From positions 1 to 64,000 of IMG/VR virus record IMGVR_UViG_3300045120_000498: DNA of 64,000 nucleotides. The stretch is one strand, 5' to 3'. The position numbers and the translations under genes are program-made. Each line of letters starts with the position of its first letter. The stretch's first letter is position 1. Below the pieces are notes generated by a model that made no database searches, was not told the origin of the DNA, and worked only from the letters and a program-made list of their open reading frames with translations. Below, piece after piece: positions 61,964 to 64,000 of this stretch. The DNA is from a virus.

Positions 61964-62015
61964 CCTTTCCGCGGGTTCCTCCCGCACGTCTGAGAATAGC
62001 ACACTTCGTGTGTAT
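61964..62015 (-). promoter_or_regulatory. Full expression cassette
   Basis: Palindrome, TATTCT, 7 nt, GCGGG aggaa CCCGC, GGAAAGG. Confidence 0.8.
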
Positions 62016-62912
62016 TTCAGCGGGTCACGATGCGGCCCTGGCCCTTGCACATCACGCACTCCGTCTCGCCCCCGGCGGGGTCCACGACCACCGTGCCGTA
62101 GCCCGAGCACTTCGGGCATCGCAGCACCTTGCCGGGCATCGTGCCGGTCAGATGGATGCGCGCCAGGCCGCGGATCGCGCTCACGCCGACCGGCCCCACC
62201 GGAACGTCGGCGCGTGGCGTTGCGCGCCGCACCGGCGGCAGCGTTCCAGCCACACGACCTTCGGGTCGCGCTTCCAGCGGTGCCGGATCGTGCACAGGTA
62301 CGGGCGGCGGGGCAGCTTCAGCTTCACGCCAGCAGGCGGACGCCGGTGCCGCCGCACGACGTGCACTCGTGCGTGGCGATGATCGGGTCGAGGCAGCAGC
62401 GGCCCTGCACGAGGTTGCCGCAGCAGCGGTAGTCAAAGTCCAGGCCGTGCTCGCATTCGCACGGGGACGAGAGTAGGGCGGCGGGCGCCGCGACGGCCAA
62501 CGGCGTCGTGGTCACGTACTCGGTTTGGGTTGTCATCGGGTGGGCCTTCGATGGGTCGGCGAAGCAGCCGCCGACGTGTGGCAGGAAGTAGCGGAGCGTG
62601 CCTACGAGCCGCGGGGTGGCGGACGTACGGGTAGCTCGGTGCCGCACAAGCGGCAGGCTGTGTCCCGCTCGTGCAGTGCGCCGCATCCGCTACACACGGT
62701 GTGTGTCAGTTCGGCGTACACGAGCGTGCCGTGGATCAGTCGGTGCATCAGGCGTCCTGCGCCGCCGCGCAGGTAGACGGTGTTGGGCGGTGCGGAGTTG
62801 ACCCACATCGCGTGCGCGGAACGGCTCACGGTGAGGATCGCTCCATCGAGCGGCCCTCCCCATACCTGAACGGCGCCCACGCGGCGAGTCTAGCGCGCGT
62901 GTCCAGGAAGCG

Positions 62913-62951
62913 CGAAGCCCGCGCTCGCCGGGGCAACGAGCGCGGGCTTCG
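62913..62951 (-). terminator. 15-bp hairpin, putative terminator
   Basis: CGAAGCCCGCGCTCG-N9-CGAGCGCGGGCTTCG between genes 63008 and 62880. Confidence 0.55.
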
Positions 62952-64000
62952 GTGTCAGGCTCGGCGCGGAGGGTGGGGGAGGAATGCGCCGTGCCTGCTC
63001 CGGGTCGTTAGGGCGAGATGCCCGCGGCCCGAAGGTCGTAGTGGCAGTCGTCGCCACTGATCGCTGCTAGCAGAAGGTGCAACGCTGCTCCGTCGGTGTC
63101 GTTCTTCAGGGTGAGCTTATCTGCCAGATACGACGCCATCGGGGCGCCGACGGGGAACTCGTAGCTCGTTCCGAAGTTCAGGATGGCGACGATCCACTGA
63201 TCGGGGTATTCGTGCTTGGCGGGGCCGACCTGCTCGGCGTAGTTCACGATCAGGATGTCGTACCGGGTGCCGTTGCCGGGCTGGTACTCGACGCGCACCG
63301 TGCCGTTCGAGTGGAGCGTGTTGCGAGCGTCGGCGCCCAGCGCGGCGATGCCCTCCAGCGTCATCGCGGGCATCAGCCGCCATCCCTCTCCACCAGCAGC
63401 CAGTTGGGCGCCGGACGCTCGTCCAGTTCGACCTTGTATCCGACCCCGCGGAGGAAGGCGGCGAGCCGGTCCAGCGGCTCGTTAGCGAACACGGCCATGA
63501 TCCGGTCGGCCTTATCCTCGACGCCTTCGCCGAGAAACAGCGCCTCGATGATCTTCGCGCGCAGGGTAGGCGACTCAGCCGCGCCGGTTTCAAGGTCGAG
63601 GCGCCGCGCTGTCTCCGGCGGGATGCCGTCGTGACCGTTCTCGCAGACCGGCCCGTACTCGCCCATCGCGACGATCTTGCCGCCGCACACCTCGCAGACC
63701 GCCTCGGCCTCGCTCATGCCAGCCCTCCCGGCATCGCGGGCACCGCGTGCTGCGCGAGCATCCCGGTGCGGAACGTCGTGGACGCCATCGCGCCGATGGT
63801 GTAGAAGCCGCCGTCGAGCCAGCTTCGCGTCGTGAGCCAGTTCTTGAACGTGCGCTCGAACTCGCGCCGCGACATCTCGTAGGCCACGGCCGGGCGATCC
63901 GTCGGGTACGTCTCGACGCGGAACCGCTCGTCGAGTTCCATCCGTTCGATCAGCCCGCGGTAGGCGGAGAAGTTCGCGTTCTCGTGCGCGAACACGATCC

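Larger units (their letters stand above)
61241..64000 (-). other. Small hypothetical CDSs (e.g. 61765-61953, 62602-62880, 63008-63373, 63373-63717, 63714->64000 truncated by the window edge)
   Basis: Minus-strand ORFs continuing beyond the window. Confidence 0.5.

Noticed and set aside
2283-62015. Repeated cassette as a CRISPR array or IS ends
   Set aside because: Copies are kilobases apart and separated by genes, with no cas or transposase genes and no target-site duplications.
62691-62707. ACACAC-ggt-GTGTGT operator-like palindrome
   Set aside because: Lies inside a CDS with no adjacent TAnnnT or hairpin-SD; may be chance, so not counted.

Overview
This is a 64-kb fragment of a high-GC (about 70%) tailed dsDNA phage genome; an Actinomycetota-type host is inferred from GC content, leaderless promoters and gene content. 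Every credible gene lies on the minus strand, and the long plus-strand ORFs are shadow frames. Recognisable genes: lambda-GpA-type terminase large subunit, probable small terminase, portal, a 4149-aa MuF (head morphogenesis) polyvalent protein, SNF2/HARP-like helicase, SSB, two DNA methyltransferases, an HNH-like nuclease, a Tat-exported FAD sugar-dehydrogenase pair, an orphan HicA fusion, an RHH plus MbcA/Xre-like pair, vWA, HAD phosphatase and an RlpA-thermonuclease fusion. About 90 small hypothetical genes fill the rest. No capsid, tail, integrase, RT or CRISPR array was seen. The most striking signals are non-coding: (1) a 9-10-mer, (C)TCGCAACAC, embedded about 29 times inside genes in all reading frames; (2) a repeated expression cassette (CACAC-N3-GTGTG palindrome, extended -10, covarying 5'-terminal hairpin, GGAAAGG) present about 20 times; (3) a candidate circularly permuted tRNA-like ncRNA; (4) apparent total avoidance of several 6-bp restriction sites. 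All counts are from manual reading and need computational confirmation.
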